Part shown: in pieces, positions 1 through 13,500 of the stretch
Numbering within the stretch: the stretch's first letter is position 1
How the letters are laid out: the number at the start of each line of letters is the position of its first letter
Made by a program: the position numbers and the translations under genes
NCBI RefSeq assembly: GCF_036321535.1
Contig: NC_087437.1
Coordinates: forward strand, 78,804,001 to 78,868,000
Source of the DNA: Camelus dromedarius
Taxonomy: Eukaryota
Length of the DNA stretch: 64,000 bases
Direction of reading: 5' to 3'
The notes under the pieces: model-generated
The model's input: the letters and a program-made list of their open reading frames with translations, nothing else
Databases searched by the model: none
What the model was told of the DNA's origin: nothing

Positions 1-854
1 AGTGGTTTGCTGCCTCAATTACACTATCATAGATGCTTCTGTGGTTTGAAACCAAAATTTATTTTTTAAATATTTTAAAAAGTAATACTTTCCATCTGAA
101 ATGATTAATATAAACAAGAGAAGAAAACCAAAAGCTTAGGAATCAAATTAGGATTACCATTTAATATCAAATATGTCCTGTAAAATAAATCTCAATTTAA
201 GAATAATTTTTAATCCTTTTTATATAAAAATTAGGTGAGTGACTTATACAGAATAAACAAGGTTTGAGTTTGTAAATCATCAGACTTTATTCAAACCCAG
301 TCTATGTCATCATCATATAATGCAACCTTACGCTCTCCACTTCTCCATGTCCCTCAGTTAACTTCTGTGAAAATCAAAAATTAACTGATGAGCTCGGATG
401 AATTTAGAAAATAATTATAAAATGGCAAAGAATTATTTTCTGTGTTAATAATTCCCAAGCCCATTCTAACTCCCCAGAGGAAATCATGGTTAATATTTCC
501 AAGTTTAATTTTTCTAATGGATACTACCATTATAAGGTGAAGTAATGCTAATGCCTTTATAGCTCTGTTTATGAGTGCACCAACTGTGGAAGTGAGTATC
601 TATAGTACAGACTGAAAAAGCACAGAATGGGGTGCACTATGTTACCTCCTACCTTTTCTCTCACCTACCCAACTCCCAACCTTGTTGTTACACATTTTAG
701 TTCTTAAAAGGTTGTTTTCACTATTGTAAGTCATTTTTTCTTTGTTGCACCTCTTGATTTTCATTAGTTACAGTTTTAGTTGTCATGATTTATAATACTT
801 GCATTAACTTTTGGTGTTAGAGAGTAAAAGTAGCACTCCCTTTGCTTGTATAAC

Positions 855-1340
855 ATGCTGTGATTTCCCAGCCCTATCCAAATTCCTTCTATCTGGAAGT
901 TTCCCTGCTGCTGCCGTGGAAATTTCCTGTCTATGCTGAAGGCTTCTCTCCTCAAAGGGAGCCTGTATCTCTCTGCTTCTCCTCCTGGGAGCTTTCTTCT
1001 GAGCCATAGAGGCTCATTCAGCCGATAAAGAAGATAGCAGTCCAGTGCCGGAATTTAACATTCCCACAGACAACCCTTCGCCTTAGTACCTAAGTTATCT
1101 AAGGAATTTATCTTCAAGGAAACAAGTCTGAAATGTATTCTACACTGTTCCTCTGAGAGTATCCAGTGAGATAAACTCTCAGATGGTCAAAATGGTGACC
1201 TTTCCATTAAGACACCCTTGATTGTTTTTTCTTCTTTTCCAACTCCCTCATTTGCACTTCCTTGGATGATGTTCCACATAAACTACACTCAACTAAAGTT
1301 TTGTGTCTGAATTTGTTTTCCAAGATACTTAGCTAAGAAA
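855..1340 (+). mobile_element. ERVL solo LTR, LTR16-like
   Basis: Higher-GC block; 3' end (ttgtgtctgaatttgttttccaagatacttagctaagaaa) resembles the LTR16 terminus ...GGGAACCCAAACTAAGACA as recalled. Confidence 0.65.
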
Positions 1341-1492
1341 AGGTGTTTTATTAAAGATTTGTCTCTAAATTAATTCTAAATGTTGAAAACAAAATACCAC
1401 CCCCCCAGAGAAATTCAGAAATAGTATATTACTCACTGCTTCTTACTGTAATTGTAGATAAGGATATAAAATCCTTTGATTAAAATACAGTT

Positions 1493-2378
1493 GTTTGCAA
1501 TGAACATGGTGAGGTGCATATATCTTTTCTAATTAGCGTTTCTGAGTTTTTTTAAATATATGTGGAGGAATGGAATTGCTGAGTCATATGTAGTTTTTTT
1601 AAAAAATTTTTTGAGAAACCTCCATACTGTTTTCCACAGTGGCTACACCAATTTACATTTCTACCAACAGTGTACAAGGGTTCCATTTTCTCCACATCCT
1701 TGCCAACACTTGCTATTTGCATTCTTTTTGATGATAGCCATTCTGACAGGTGTGAGGTGATACCTCATTGTGGTTTTGACTTGTATTTCCCTGATGAGTA
1801 GCATTGTTGAGCATCTTCTTATATGACTGTTGGCCATCTGCATATCCTCTTTGGAAAAATGTCTATTAAATTGGGTTGTTTGTTTTTCTGATGAGTTGTA
1901 TAAGCGGTTTACATATGTTGGATATTAATCCCTTATCAGCTATATCATTTGCAAATATTTTCTCCCATTCAGTAGGTTGTTTTTTGGTTTTGTTCATGTT
2001 TCCTTTGCTGTGTAAAAGGTTCAATTAGGTCCCATTTATTTATTTTTACTTTTATTTCCTTTACTTTGGGAAACAGATTCACAAAAATGTTGCTGCAGTT
2101 TATATCAGAGTGTTCTGCCTATGTTTTCCTCTAGGAGTTTTAGAGTATCTGGTCTTACATTTAGGTCTTTAGTCCATTTTGAGTTTATTTTTGTATGTGG
2201 TGTTGGAGACTGTTCTAATTTCATTCTTTTACATGTAGCTGTCCAGTTTTCCCAGCATCACTTATTAAAGAGACTGTCTTTTCTCCATTGTGTATCCTTG
2301 CCTCCGTTGTCATAGATTAATTGATGGTAAGTGTATGTTTATTTTGGGGCTCTCTAGCCTGTTCCATTGATCTATGTG
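1493..2378 (-). mobile_element. L1 fragment (ORF2 C-terminus), artiodactyl-age subfamily
   Basis: Minus ORF 1661-1843 ([24 protein letters not shown]...[15 protein letters not shown]) is the L1 ORF2p cysteine-rich domain; collinear with the L1s at 25250-26160 and 51084-52300. Confidence 0.95.
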
Positions 2379-2529
2379 AGGATCATTTTTTTAACACTTA
2401 AAATCTTACAAATCCCTTTAAAATCTTCAAGTTTCCGTCAAGTTTTCTAGGATCTATGAATTTATTTGTATGCTGCAATGTCCTTTTAAACAACACATTT
2501 ATACATCTTGCTCATAGGAAAGACAAACA

Positions 2530-2665
2530 CCTCAGTAATACTTTGTATAATATTTCCATGATAAGAAGAATCAGATTTATTAAGTAATTTGCCTAAGGTC
2601 ATAGAAGGTAATAATGAAAACAGGAAGTAGGATACAGCTGTCTTTGACTGCTTGTCCAGGACGTT
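2530..2665 (-). mobile_element. MIR SINE fragment
   Basis: ttaagtaatttgcctaaggtcatag matches the reverse-complemented MIR core. Confidence 0.55.
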
Positions 2666-5600
2666 CTGTTTTCATTTTCTTTTTTTTTAAAGTGACAATA
2701 ATTTACTTCTGTGGAAGGACTGTATGCATTCAGATATGACTTCTTTAAAACTGTTACTTAAATTCAGCTGGGAACATCTTTTCAGACCAGTTCCAAATGA
2801 GTTTAATACTTGCATTTTATTAGGAAAACCCCAAGATGTCTTCCTGAATTCAAAGGATATGAATTATTTTTAGAAGTAATATGTCTTAAAATAATAAACA
2901 CCACATTTAAGAGGTCTGTTTCCAGCAGCGACAAATAGAGCTTCACACTAGGGCTTTAATGATATATGTAATATTGCATTCCTTTTAAAATTGAATCAAA
3001 TATGGCCAAAATACTAGGGTTTTTAAAAATACATAGTGGGGATATGACTATTTTATTTTTCTATACATTGTATATATGTTTGAAATATTTTATAAGAAAA
3101 ATAAAGACACACAGTTTTATTCTATTTTTTTTCCAATTACAAGCTTTATGACTTTGGACAAGTCACTTATTCTCTCTGTATCTCACTTTCTTCTTATTTC
3201 TGTGTTCTGGTAAACTCTGAGATAATTCAGTTCAAAAATGAGGTATCCTAGATTTAACTGTCAATATATCCTTTGAATTCATAAGGATTTCTATATTCTC
3301 TGACATTAAATTTTGCCTCTGATTTTATATATACACTTAGGACTATAGTACTTCAGCAAATTTAACTTCAAAGTAAACAGAACTATTTTTTTCATATAAG
3401 ATACCCTGAGTTTTTTGTTTTGCCTTGTTTGGTTTGTTTTTTGTGTGTTTTTAAAATTTGTATATAATTTTTAAAGATAGGTTGTACAATACATTCTTGA
3501 GCCTATCTTACACCCAGCAGTCTGTACCTCCCACTCCCTAACCCCAAAACAGCACTATTTTAGCATTTACTCTTTTTAAAACTATTTTAGCCAAAAAGCT
3601 TATCTCATATGCAATGTTTAATTAAATTTACATTAAAATTCTTTTGGTAAAAGCTAAATATTATTGTCGTTACTGCATCCTAAAAAATCTTGATTCTCTT
3701 ATTTGAACTCTTTCAGTAATGGTAAAAGAGTTATTTCTTATATCAGTAATTTCTTATATTTCTTCTGTCTTCTGCATCTTCTACAATTTTTCATTATCTC
3801 TAAAATTGAGTTTAAAGTCTACAAATAGGCTTTACAGTTGCCTGATGCTGCCATTTACTCATTCTTTCATTTCTTAATATGGCTTTGAATGCTCTTTCTG
3901 GTACACACACACATGTTACCATTTTGGGCATACTGGTTCATCCTACTCCCCAGGCTTCTGTTGTTACTATCCTATCTATCTGAATCGTGCTTTAAATTTA
4001 TCTCTGATTAGAAACACTTCCATCCATTGCTGTGTTGTTTTAAGGAAACAATAACAAATAACCCAATAATTTGGGAACTCTGATTTTGTATTTGAGAGGA
4101 TATTTTTGTTAATTAAACTTTCAAAGTTTTGCAGTGAGGGAAGTTAGCCACCTTTCAGTGGCACACTAACTGGAAGTGTTCAAAAACACTGCTAGAACTG
4201 CTCTGAATTCTTCTTTGAGTAATTTGCTCATGCCATATCCCAGGATATGGTTCTTCCTCCCTGAAGAATAGAGAACTTGTATAAATTCACAAATTGTTTG
4301 AGCTGACTTTGGTGATCCTTTAGCAACTAAAAAACTAAAAAAAAGTCTCCTTTCAAATCCACTGCCATTACTCTACATGTGCTATATGACAAAATATTGA
4401 GACACATACTCAGACCTACAGTACTTACCTGCCATTTGTGGTTCTTGATTTTTCTCTGCAGTTACCTTCAGTGTGAAAGGAAGATAGATAGGTGAGAGAT
4501 AGAGATCAATAAAGGAAATTGGAATGACAGTCATAGCCTAACTTACTCCTGCTGCTATCATGATTGTGTTATATTTCTGAAGTGAAGAATCTGAAAAGTA
4601 AAGCATATGTCAAAGGATGATCAGCAGTGAGCATCACCTGTCATGTATTTCTGGATTTCCCTAATTATTGAGTTATTGTATTCCTATATTATGAAAACAG
4701 AAATATTGTTTTAGGTGGTGATATATGGCTTGTAGACATTCTAAACGAATTAAAACAAACAAACAAACGAAAGTCCTCAAAACACCTATTATTTTTTTAA
4801 TCCTGAAGCTTTTCTGTTAATGGTAGCCCTTACTTTGTAGAAATCAAAAACAAAGTTATTTTTAAAAATTGAAACTGAAATTATATCACAGGAATCCCTT
4901 AATCCTATCTTGGTGGTAGGATAATATGTTGAGGTCAGACAGGGAATAATTAAATTCACAATAAAACTTGTAAGTCTTGTCGACAGAAGGAAGATACATA
5001 TACTGTGCTGCTGATTCTAATTTGGAAATATTATCGCAAAGCATTTGAATCTCAGTTGCTAAGGGAAAAAATTGTGCTTTATTTATTAAGAGATTGAATT
5101 ACAAGTGTTAAAGAAATAGTATTAACACCAAGGCAGTTGCCAGCATTGGGTTGGGTCACATTATTTTTTTGTTCTCTTTATCAAATTAGCCAGGAGGCCA
5201 CCTCCAGCACCAGGAGGCAAAGTGATATTGTATACACTTCTAAAAGGAGACACTGGAGACAAGGAAGGCCCTGTGTTGTTTGGCCAAGCAGCATTCATGT
5301 AATTGGATCTGGGGGATGACAACACTAATGCACTCAATGATAGGAGGTGATGGAGGCCCATCTGTGCTGGCCTGCTGAGTTGATCATATCAAGGAAACTG
5401 CTGGTCAGTTTTCTGACTGTGACTCAGAGCCAAAATTAGGTTGCTGAAAATTTCCATCCATCTAATATGAAGGCAGAAGGAAATCTGCTGTTGTATGAAA
5501 GAAAATAAATGTATTATGTTAGGAGGCTCTCTTAAATTATATATAATTTTCAACTGATTGTTTTGTCAAAAATGTGTTTACTTTCTAAAAGTTTTGAAGT

Positions 5601-5679
5601 GTACTCATTTATGTACTACTGGGTAACTTTTTTCATATTCTAATACCATTAATTTTTTTTTTTTTTTTGGTCTTTTCAG

Positions 5680-5825
5680 TGAGACAGCATAGCAAAGTCA
5701 TAGTGTAAGACCATGGACAGACAGGCTGGATTTATATCACTTATAGGTGTGCTTCTGTCCTTATGAAATATATTTAGCTTCTCTGTGCCACAGTGTCTTC
5801 TTCTTTAAAATGTGGCTAATAGAAA
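5680..5825 (+). mobile_element. MIR SINE fragment
   Basis: tttagcttctctgtgccacagtgtcttcttctttaaaatgtggctaatag resembles the MIR core. Confidence 0.6.
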
Positions 5826-8800
5826 TTTTGCACTAAATGTTATGTATTTATGTCCTAATAAATGCTTCATGGCATTTTAGGCACATACCCAAGATCAATT
5901 CACATAAGTGCAAAAACACTGTTTACTAATGTTAGGGAAAAATACATTAGACCTGATTTTGCCCCATCTGGCTTTATGTGATCTGTTTGAAGAAGTTGGG
6001 TGAAGAAATAGTGGCATATACTCATGACTTTCTTAATGCAAATAAATGGATCCAGTGACATCTGAGCTACTGGGCTCATCAGAAATAGTTGTTATTGGCT
6101 AGGAAACAGTGTTAAGTCCTCATACTCTCTTCTCTGTAATTTCTATTTGTCACATTAGTGTTACTCCCTTACACATCTCTATGTTATCTAATGCTGTCCT
6201 TTTCATCTTGCCTTGAAGCCTACTCTCAGAACTTTAAATTATTCTAAGTTAGATATGATTGATGGTGATTTAAATATGTCACAAGGCTATTGGCTTTTTA
6301 AGAGAGTATAAAGTGTAAAATTCAAAGATACAGTTGAGAAGATGGAGTCATGTGTCTGTTATAGGATGTCACAAATTCTTCAAGGTATAGGACTCCTCTG
6401 CCTCCCCTGCCTGAATACTGCCTGCCCCTGTCTGAACTACCATTTGGTCAGTACCCACTAGTTATTTAGGTTTGTGTAAATAGATTAGAAGCTGTTCCTT
6501 TGCTACAAAGTGCATAGCAGGCTAAGTGTCATAAAGAATAAAGGAAAAGGTATAAAGAGAGTTTTTTCTTTCTCCTTTTATAGTGATGTGCTTTGCTAAC
6601 TCTTTCACAGACCTGAGTGGAAATTTATAATTATGTACCCATCTCCTTTTCAATCCCCTTTTATCATCCTATTATGTAATAATTACTTTGAGAGCTGTTG
6701 TTTATTATTTTCCATATTTTAATTCACTTTCACTCTTAGTCATTTCTCAGCACGATTTGATAAAGCTTTCTTGGTTCAGAATATGTGTTTTCCTACCAGT
6801 GAATAAAAATGATTCAGTAAATGGGAATAGATATTTGTGGATCGTCTTCTATCTGTCCATCAACTTTCTCCTGAAAAACTCTCATTATAAGCCTATGCCA
6901 ATGTGAGGGCTTCCTCATGCTTTGGCTACCTGGGGGGAAGTTATAACCCGTTGAATATCTTATGTTGCCTAGAGCACTCTGCTCTGCACTTAGCAGATAT
7001 TAAAATATTGTGGTGTTGTCATACCCCAGAAACCATCTATGTGAGTTAGTGTGGATTTTATTAACTATCTAGAAACTACAAAATCAAGAAGGGTTTCTTG
7101 CATCTAGTTACCATTTTAAATAAATGATATATTGGGGGGGAGAGAAATTCCATAGAGGGAAGGATTTATTTGATCAGTATAAGTCATCACCTTATCACAT
7201 GAACAAATTTAGGCTCAGACTTTAAAAGTAAAATTAAGGACTTTTGTTTTACTTACAGCAAGAGACTGTTCTGAGAAAATACGCAAATGATTAATGAATC
7301 AGTACAAGTTATGTTGCACAATCATATTCCTTTAGGAGTTTTTAATTAGATCATCTCCCTCCTTTTTAAAATTATTTTGTCTCAATCAGTACATTCCTCT
7401 TCTCCAAATGCGTTTCATTCGGAATAAATTATCCACAGTAACTCATGTGCATATAGTAGCTAAATCTCTATTCAGTTAATTCAGATGACGTCTTCCCAGA
7501 CATCGGAGGTCAAATTAGTTCAGGTGAGTAATAACTGGATCTAATTAGCTTTTCCACAAGCTGTTATTTCCCTTACCTGGAGCCAAACAGAAGACTGGTG
7601 ATAGTTTAACTGCCTGTGTGAATGTATATTGTTGGCATGAGGAGCAACAACGTTCTTTGCCACTGAAAAATGAAAATACAAAATTTTTTTATTATGGCCA
7701 AATAATATTGAAACAACCAACCTGGGTTTTGATTCTTTGGTATTAATAACAAAGATATATGTGATAGTTTTTATTTCATGTTCTCCTTTTAAGGGATATT
7801 ATATAAAATAAAATTTAGAGTATTTCATAATCAAGAATTAATTTCCCTGGACATGCAGGGTTTTTGCAATGTAAAAAGCAATAGGGCTTATAAGTGACAT
7901 GAGACCATAGTCACTCAGAACACATTCAGTGTAAGGAACTAATCTGTAAGGAGTTATTCCCAATTGCACTTGTCAGAAAAAATAAACTTTTGACAAAACC
8001 TGCTGTATTACTTGCGATCATATAGTGTCAGCTTTCCCCAACAAGATTTAAAAAAGTAAAAAAGGGTAAAGGATGTAGAAATTTAGAAATATGATGAGTC
8101 TTGATTAATTGACATAAAAGAGAGGCTTGACAACCAACCATATGCAATTTCACCTACTGCTCGTTCCCTAGCTTTTATTACAAATTAAAAATTTTGGCCC
8201 AGTCTAGGTCAAGTATATATTCCTAAAGAATCAGCTAGGTAGGACAAAAATGCAGAGCTGTGATGATTGGGATCCTACCTATCACTATAAAGGACGTTCC
8301 CAGACAAGACAGTTTGTTTTGACGTAGATAGCTAACTCCAAGAGAGGTCCATCTTAGCTTCCCTGATTATATTCAATTGTGGCAGAAAGGGCAGCATCTT
8401 GAAATGAAATTTAGGCTGGAATAGCTAGGAGTCATTGTGAAACTAGTTGTTTCTTACTGTTTTTCCTCACCTCAAATCTGAATCAGATCTGGATGGCTTT
8501 TATTAAGCTTTGATGATCTTGTTCTACATTTAAAAAGTATGATGTCAGTCTTCCCCCTGATAATGTATATAATTGAGCATAAGTTTCTGTACTTGCTACC
8601 TCTATTAAGTATTACTCTGATAATATCAAACAGCAAGCAGTCCCCATATCTTAGGAGCTTATAACTATACATATTTCACTCAGGTTTGAAAGTTTGGCTG
8701 GGCTTGGGATCAGATCAGTGGCACAATCAGTGACTCATGGCAAGAGATAGGAAGAAATAAATTTATAATATATCATAATAGGAAAAAAAGGCTAATTCCA

Positions 8801-10099
8801 AAACCAGTTCAGTTTATTTACCAGGCAACACAATTTTTAATGGAATGCTATTTAAAAGTATAGAATGTTCAGCTGAAAGACAGTTAATTATGGAGAATTG
8901 CTGAAATTTATAACATTTACCTATATCAAAGAATATAAAATTATCCTCTAGTAACAAAGCCAGAAAAATCTTGGCTAATTACAGGTTTTCTTATTAGTCT
9001 TAATACATATATATTTACTTATTTGTGCTCCTGTAAGACAACATTATTTTATATTAAGACACATTTTCTACTATAAGAAATGTGATTTAAGAATTACTGT
9101 AAATTCTTCATTATGAGGGTATTTGGAGAAATATATTTCTGTTATAGTATCATTAATAGCTATTCTTTCCTTGAGTAATTTGTGTGATTTTTATCATTAA
9201 ACACACTATTTTGCTGTTTTCTGGTCTTCTTATTTGGATTGCTTCTAACATTTCAAATTAATGTCCCATATCTAGAAAATGTATGATTTTACTGTGTTTA
9301 TTTCTATTTTAGACATACTTCTATCTCTTTTCTATTAATGTTCATATTGTTTACCTATTTTTTTTTTTCATTTCGTTTTCATTAAACTCTCTTGTTGTGT
9401 TTTAAATATCACTATAGACTGCTCTAAATCTTTTCTAGTTCACCACAGGGTATATGTAAACAAATATAAAAATATTACACACCTTTGGATAGTTTGATTG
9501 TTCTACCTGGACCAGCTTTTTTATTCCTACATTGAGGAAGTTCAGACTACATTGATTTGTCTATCTCATTTGAGGTTTAATTCATTATTAGGGATAGATT
9601 CCAAAAATGACTGGGGCTAAATAACACTAAGCAGTAGAGATAAGGGAAATGTTTAGTTGGTGAGCATTTCAGTCAGCACACTGAAAAGTGGTAAGAACAT
9701 AAAATGAGTCAACCATCAGTGCCTCCTCAGGATGAAATTAGATCCTGAAAAGAAAATGCACAATTAGAAAAAACTTAGAACCAAAAGTAGATTTTGGCAG
9801 ATATTATTAGATATGATAAACTGAATAATTAAGAGGCAGAGCTACTCAAAATAATATTTTTACTGTTATACTGAATCCACAAGGCTTCATGTCTAAAGTT
9901 GTAATCACTCACATACTAGCTGTTTCCTTTTGAACTTTTCTTAGCCAGAGGAATAGGTTTGGAAGAACCTGGGTTTCCAGATTGTGCTGGTAAAGAAAAG
10001 CTGTATTATTTTATTTTTTTCCTGCTGTTGTGAACTTAAAGAGACATTATAATATATTCTGTTAACTTTTGGTTGCATTATTAGTACCAGGGCTTTTAA

Positions 10100-10310
10100 C
10101 TGTATGAATAACTATTAATACATTTACTATTTTGTGTTAATAAATGCACAAAGAACTTTGGTAGTGAGCATAACTTTTCCTAATTGGTCACATGAGTACT
10201 CTGAAATAAATTGTAGGGGTTGGGAGTATAAATCTGGGAGCCACATTTCTTTCGTACAAATCAAAATTTTGACATTTATTGGTTGTAGGATCTTTGGGAA
10301 ATTACACAAC
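10100..10310 (-). mobile_element. MIR SINE fragment (decayed)
   Basis: ataacttttcctaattggtcacatgag...tgggagtataaatctgggag is weakly MIR-like. Confidence 0.4.
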
Positions 10311-10555
10311 TTCTCTGTTTATCAGTTTTCACATTGGTACATAGTATTGTGAGAATAATGATAGCACTGCTGAGTAGGCGTGGAGATTGAATAAGTTAAT
10401 GCATATTTTACAAAAAGGAATATAGTGTAAATATTAAAACAAATCAGAGTATTAGTTTTTTTTTTAATTTTGGAGTTAAAAATTGGTGCTAAAGATAAAA
10501 TTTGTACAAAATTCAATTGAGAGTTTTTAAAAATATATATCAGAGATTGTCCAGC

Positions 10556-13500
10556 AGATTCTGGGAAGATGGAGTAGGTACCATCAGGAATTTGTCTTTT
10601 TACCTAGCCAGTAATTGCACTGGCAGAGTCTTTCTGATGTAACTGTTTTCAAACTCTGGAGTCTGTTGAAGGCTTATTACTTCAGGGGAAGACTTAGACA
10701 ATTAGTTGTGGTTCATTTCAGTCAACTTCAGCTTTTAGCACAACAGCAATTACTCCTTCACTAACCCTAGCCACATGGCAGGCAGCTATGCACGTATTCC
10801 TGAAGCAGTTTTCACACAGTTCGTGTGAGTGAGGGTAGGCAAAATAGACCCTGTTCTCTAAATATTAAGGATCTCTGTTCTGATTGTTTTTTGTAGTTTC
10901 TGATCACAGAAGTGCAGACAAAGAGATGGGCAGCCATTGTTGTGCACCTTCTCCCATTGTTGCAGTCCCTACCCCCTTGGCTGAAGTGACTTTCCAAAAA
11001 TTTAAGGGGATGGGTCCCTCCCCACCCCCCTTTACTTTTTTGCTTTTTACGCTTTTAGCAACTAGACATTAAAGACTAGGTAATTCAAAAGCAACTGTGT
11101 ATATAATGAAAGTTAGAAAGTATACATGCCATGGGAAAAGCTCAGAAAAGGCCTGAGAAGACCTTAAGTTTATACCTAAGTATGATTCTCAGCACAGACA
11201 GTCTACAATTAAAAACAAAACAAAAGCAAAAACAAAACAATAAAACAACAACAACAGCAGCAACACCCTCAAAAACCATGGGGAAAAAGGAGAACCTGAT
11301 TTCTAGGGTTACTACATTATTAGATTTATATGTTCATTGTTCAAAAAAAAAATCACAAGGCATACAGAGAAACAGGAAAGTATGGCATATTCAAAGGGAA
11401 AAAAAGAAAAAGTCAACAGAAATGATCCTTGAAAAAAATCTAATGGCAAAAACACTAGACAAAGGTTTAAAAAAAAATCTTAAAAATACTCAAAGAACTA
11501 AAGAGAGACATGGAGAAAGTCAAGAAAAGGATATGTGAACAAAATGAGAGTATCAGTAAAGAAATAGAAAACCTAAAAAGAGACCAAATGAAATTTCTGA
11601 AGCTAAAAATACCATAATAATGAAGCATTTTGCTAGGGGGTTTTAAAGACAGACTTGAGTAGGTAGGAGAAAAACTCAGCAAACTTGAGGATAGGAAAAT
11701 TATTATGTCTGAGAAACAGAATGACAGAAAGATTGTAAGGAGCTTGTTAGGATATGATAAAATGGATCAACATATGTATTATGGGAACCCCAGAAGAAGA
11801 ACAGAGGGAGAATGAGCAGAGAGAATATTTGAGGAAATAATGGCTAAAACCCTCTAACATTTGAGGAAAGACATTAATATGAACATCCAAATAGCTCTGT
11901 GAACTCCAAGTAAGATGAACTCAAATATGCTCAATAAGATTATCAGCATATTTTTCATCAGACACTTTGGAGGTCAGAAGACTGGGCTGATATATTCAAA
12001 GTGCTAAAAGAAAAAGCTATCAACCAAGAATCCTATAACTTGAGAAACTGTCTTTTATGAGTATAGGAAAAATTAAGATATATCCAGATAAACACAAGCT
12101 GAGGGAGTCTGTGACCACTAGACCAGCCTGCAAGAAATGCTTAAGGGAGTCCTGCAAGGTGAAATGCAAGGATACAAGACAGTAATTAAAAACTGTATGG
12201 AGAAATACAGATACCAATAAAGATAAATACAGGAACAATTATAAAAGCTAATGTTATTGTAACAGTGGCTTGTAACTGTACTTTTTGTTTCTACATAATT
12301 TAAAAGACTAGTTTATTTAAAGAAAAAAATAATTAGTGTAAAATTTGGTGTTACTGTAACTTTGGTTCATAACTCAAAATCTGGTTTTCTATAATTTAAT
12401 GACTAATACAGTTAAAAATTAGTTTATGTTTTTTAGCAAATGGTATAACAAGATGCAGTTTTGTGACATCAACAACCAAAAGGAATAGGTAAAGAGCTGT
12501 TAAGGAGCAGAGTTTTTGTATCTTTAAGATGGTATAAATTCAAATTAAAATAATTCTATAATGTTGAATGTAATGTCCATGGTAACCACAAAGAAAATAG
12601 CAATAAAATATACACAAAAGGAAAAGAGAAAGGAATTAAAATATTTCACTACAATAATTGAGCTAAGCCCAAAGGAGGACAGTACTGCAGAGTATGAGAG
12701 ACAAAAAAAGCTATAAGGCTTTTTTAGAAAAAAATGTTTTATATAATAAAATAGCACAATGACAGCAGTAAGTCCCTCCTTATCAGTAAATGGATTAAAC
12801 TCTTCAATTAAAACCCAGAGATTGGCAGAATAGATAAAAACACATGATTTAACTATATACTGTCTACAAGAGACTCATTTGAAATCCAAAGATGCAAATA
12901 GGTTGAAAGTGAAAGGATGGAAAATATATTCTGTGAAAATAGTAGCCAAAAGAGAATAAGTGTGGCTATATTAATATCAGACAAAATGGACTTTAAATCA
13001 GAAAGTTTACAAGAAACATGGAAGACATCATATATTAATAAAATTTTCAATAGAGCAAGAGGGTATAGCAATTATAGATACTTACACACTTAATGAGAGA
13101 CCACCAAAATACAGGAAGCAAATTTTGAGAGAATTGAAGGGAGAAATAGATAGTTCTACAGTAATAGTTGGAGACTTCACTGTCCCACTCACAATACTGG
13201 ATAGAACAACCAGACAGAAAATAAGTAAGGAAATCAAGGACTTAACACAATAAACCAACTAAGTATAATAGACACATAGAAAACATTCTACCCAGCAACA
13301 ACAGAATACATATTCTTTTCAATTGTACATGGGATGATTTCTGGGGTAGACCAGAGGCCATGCATTAAGTCACAGTATAATTTAAAAGCCAGATATCATA
13401 CTTAGTATCTTCTCTGATACAATGGGATAAAACTACAAATTGAACAAAAAGAAAAGTAGAAAAATTACAAAATTGTGGAAATTAAGTAGCACACTTTTAA

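Noticed and set aside
5100..5530. GC-richer block, possibly an old LTR (similar blocks at 41230-41500, 45870-46240, 47870-48240)
   Set aside because: No termini, TSD or family recognisable by eye; left unannotated.
11131..11538. 135-aa Lys-rich ORF
   Set aside because: A-rich L1 5' UTR/ORF1 remnant with frameshifts.
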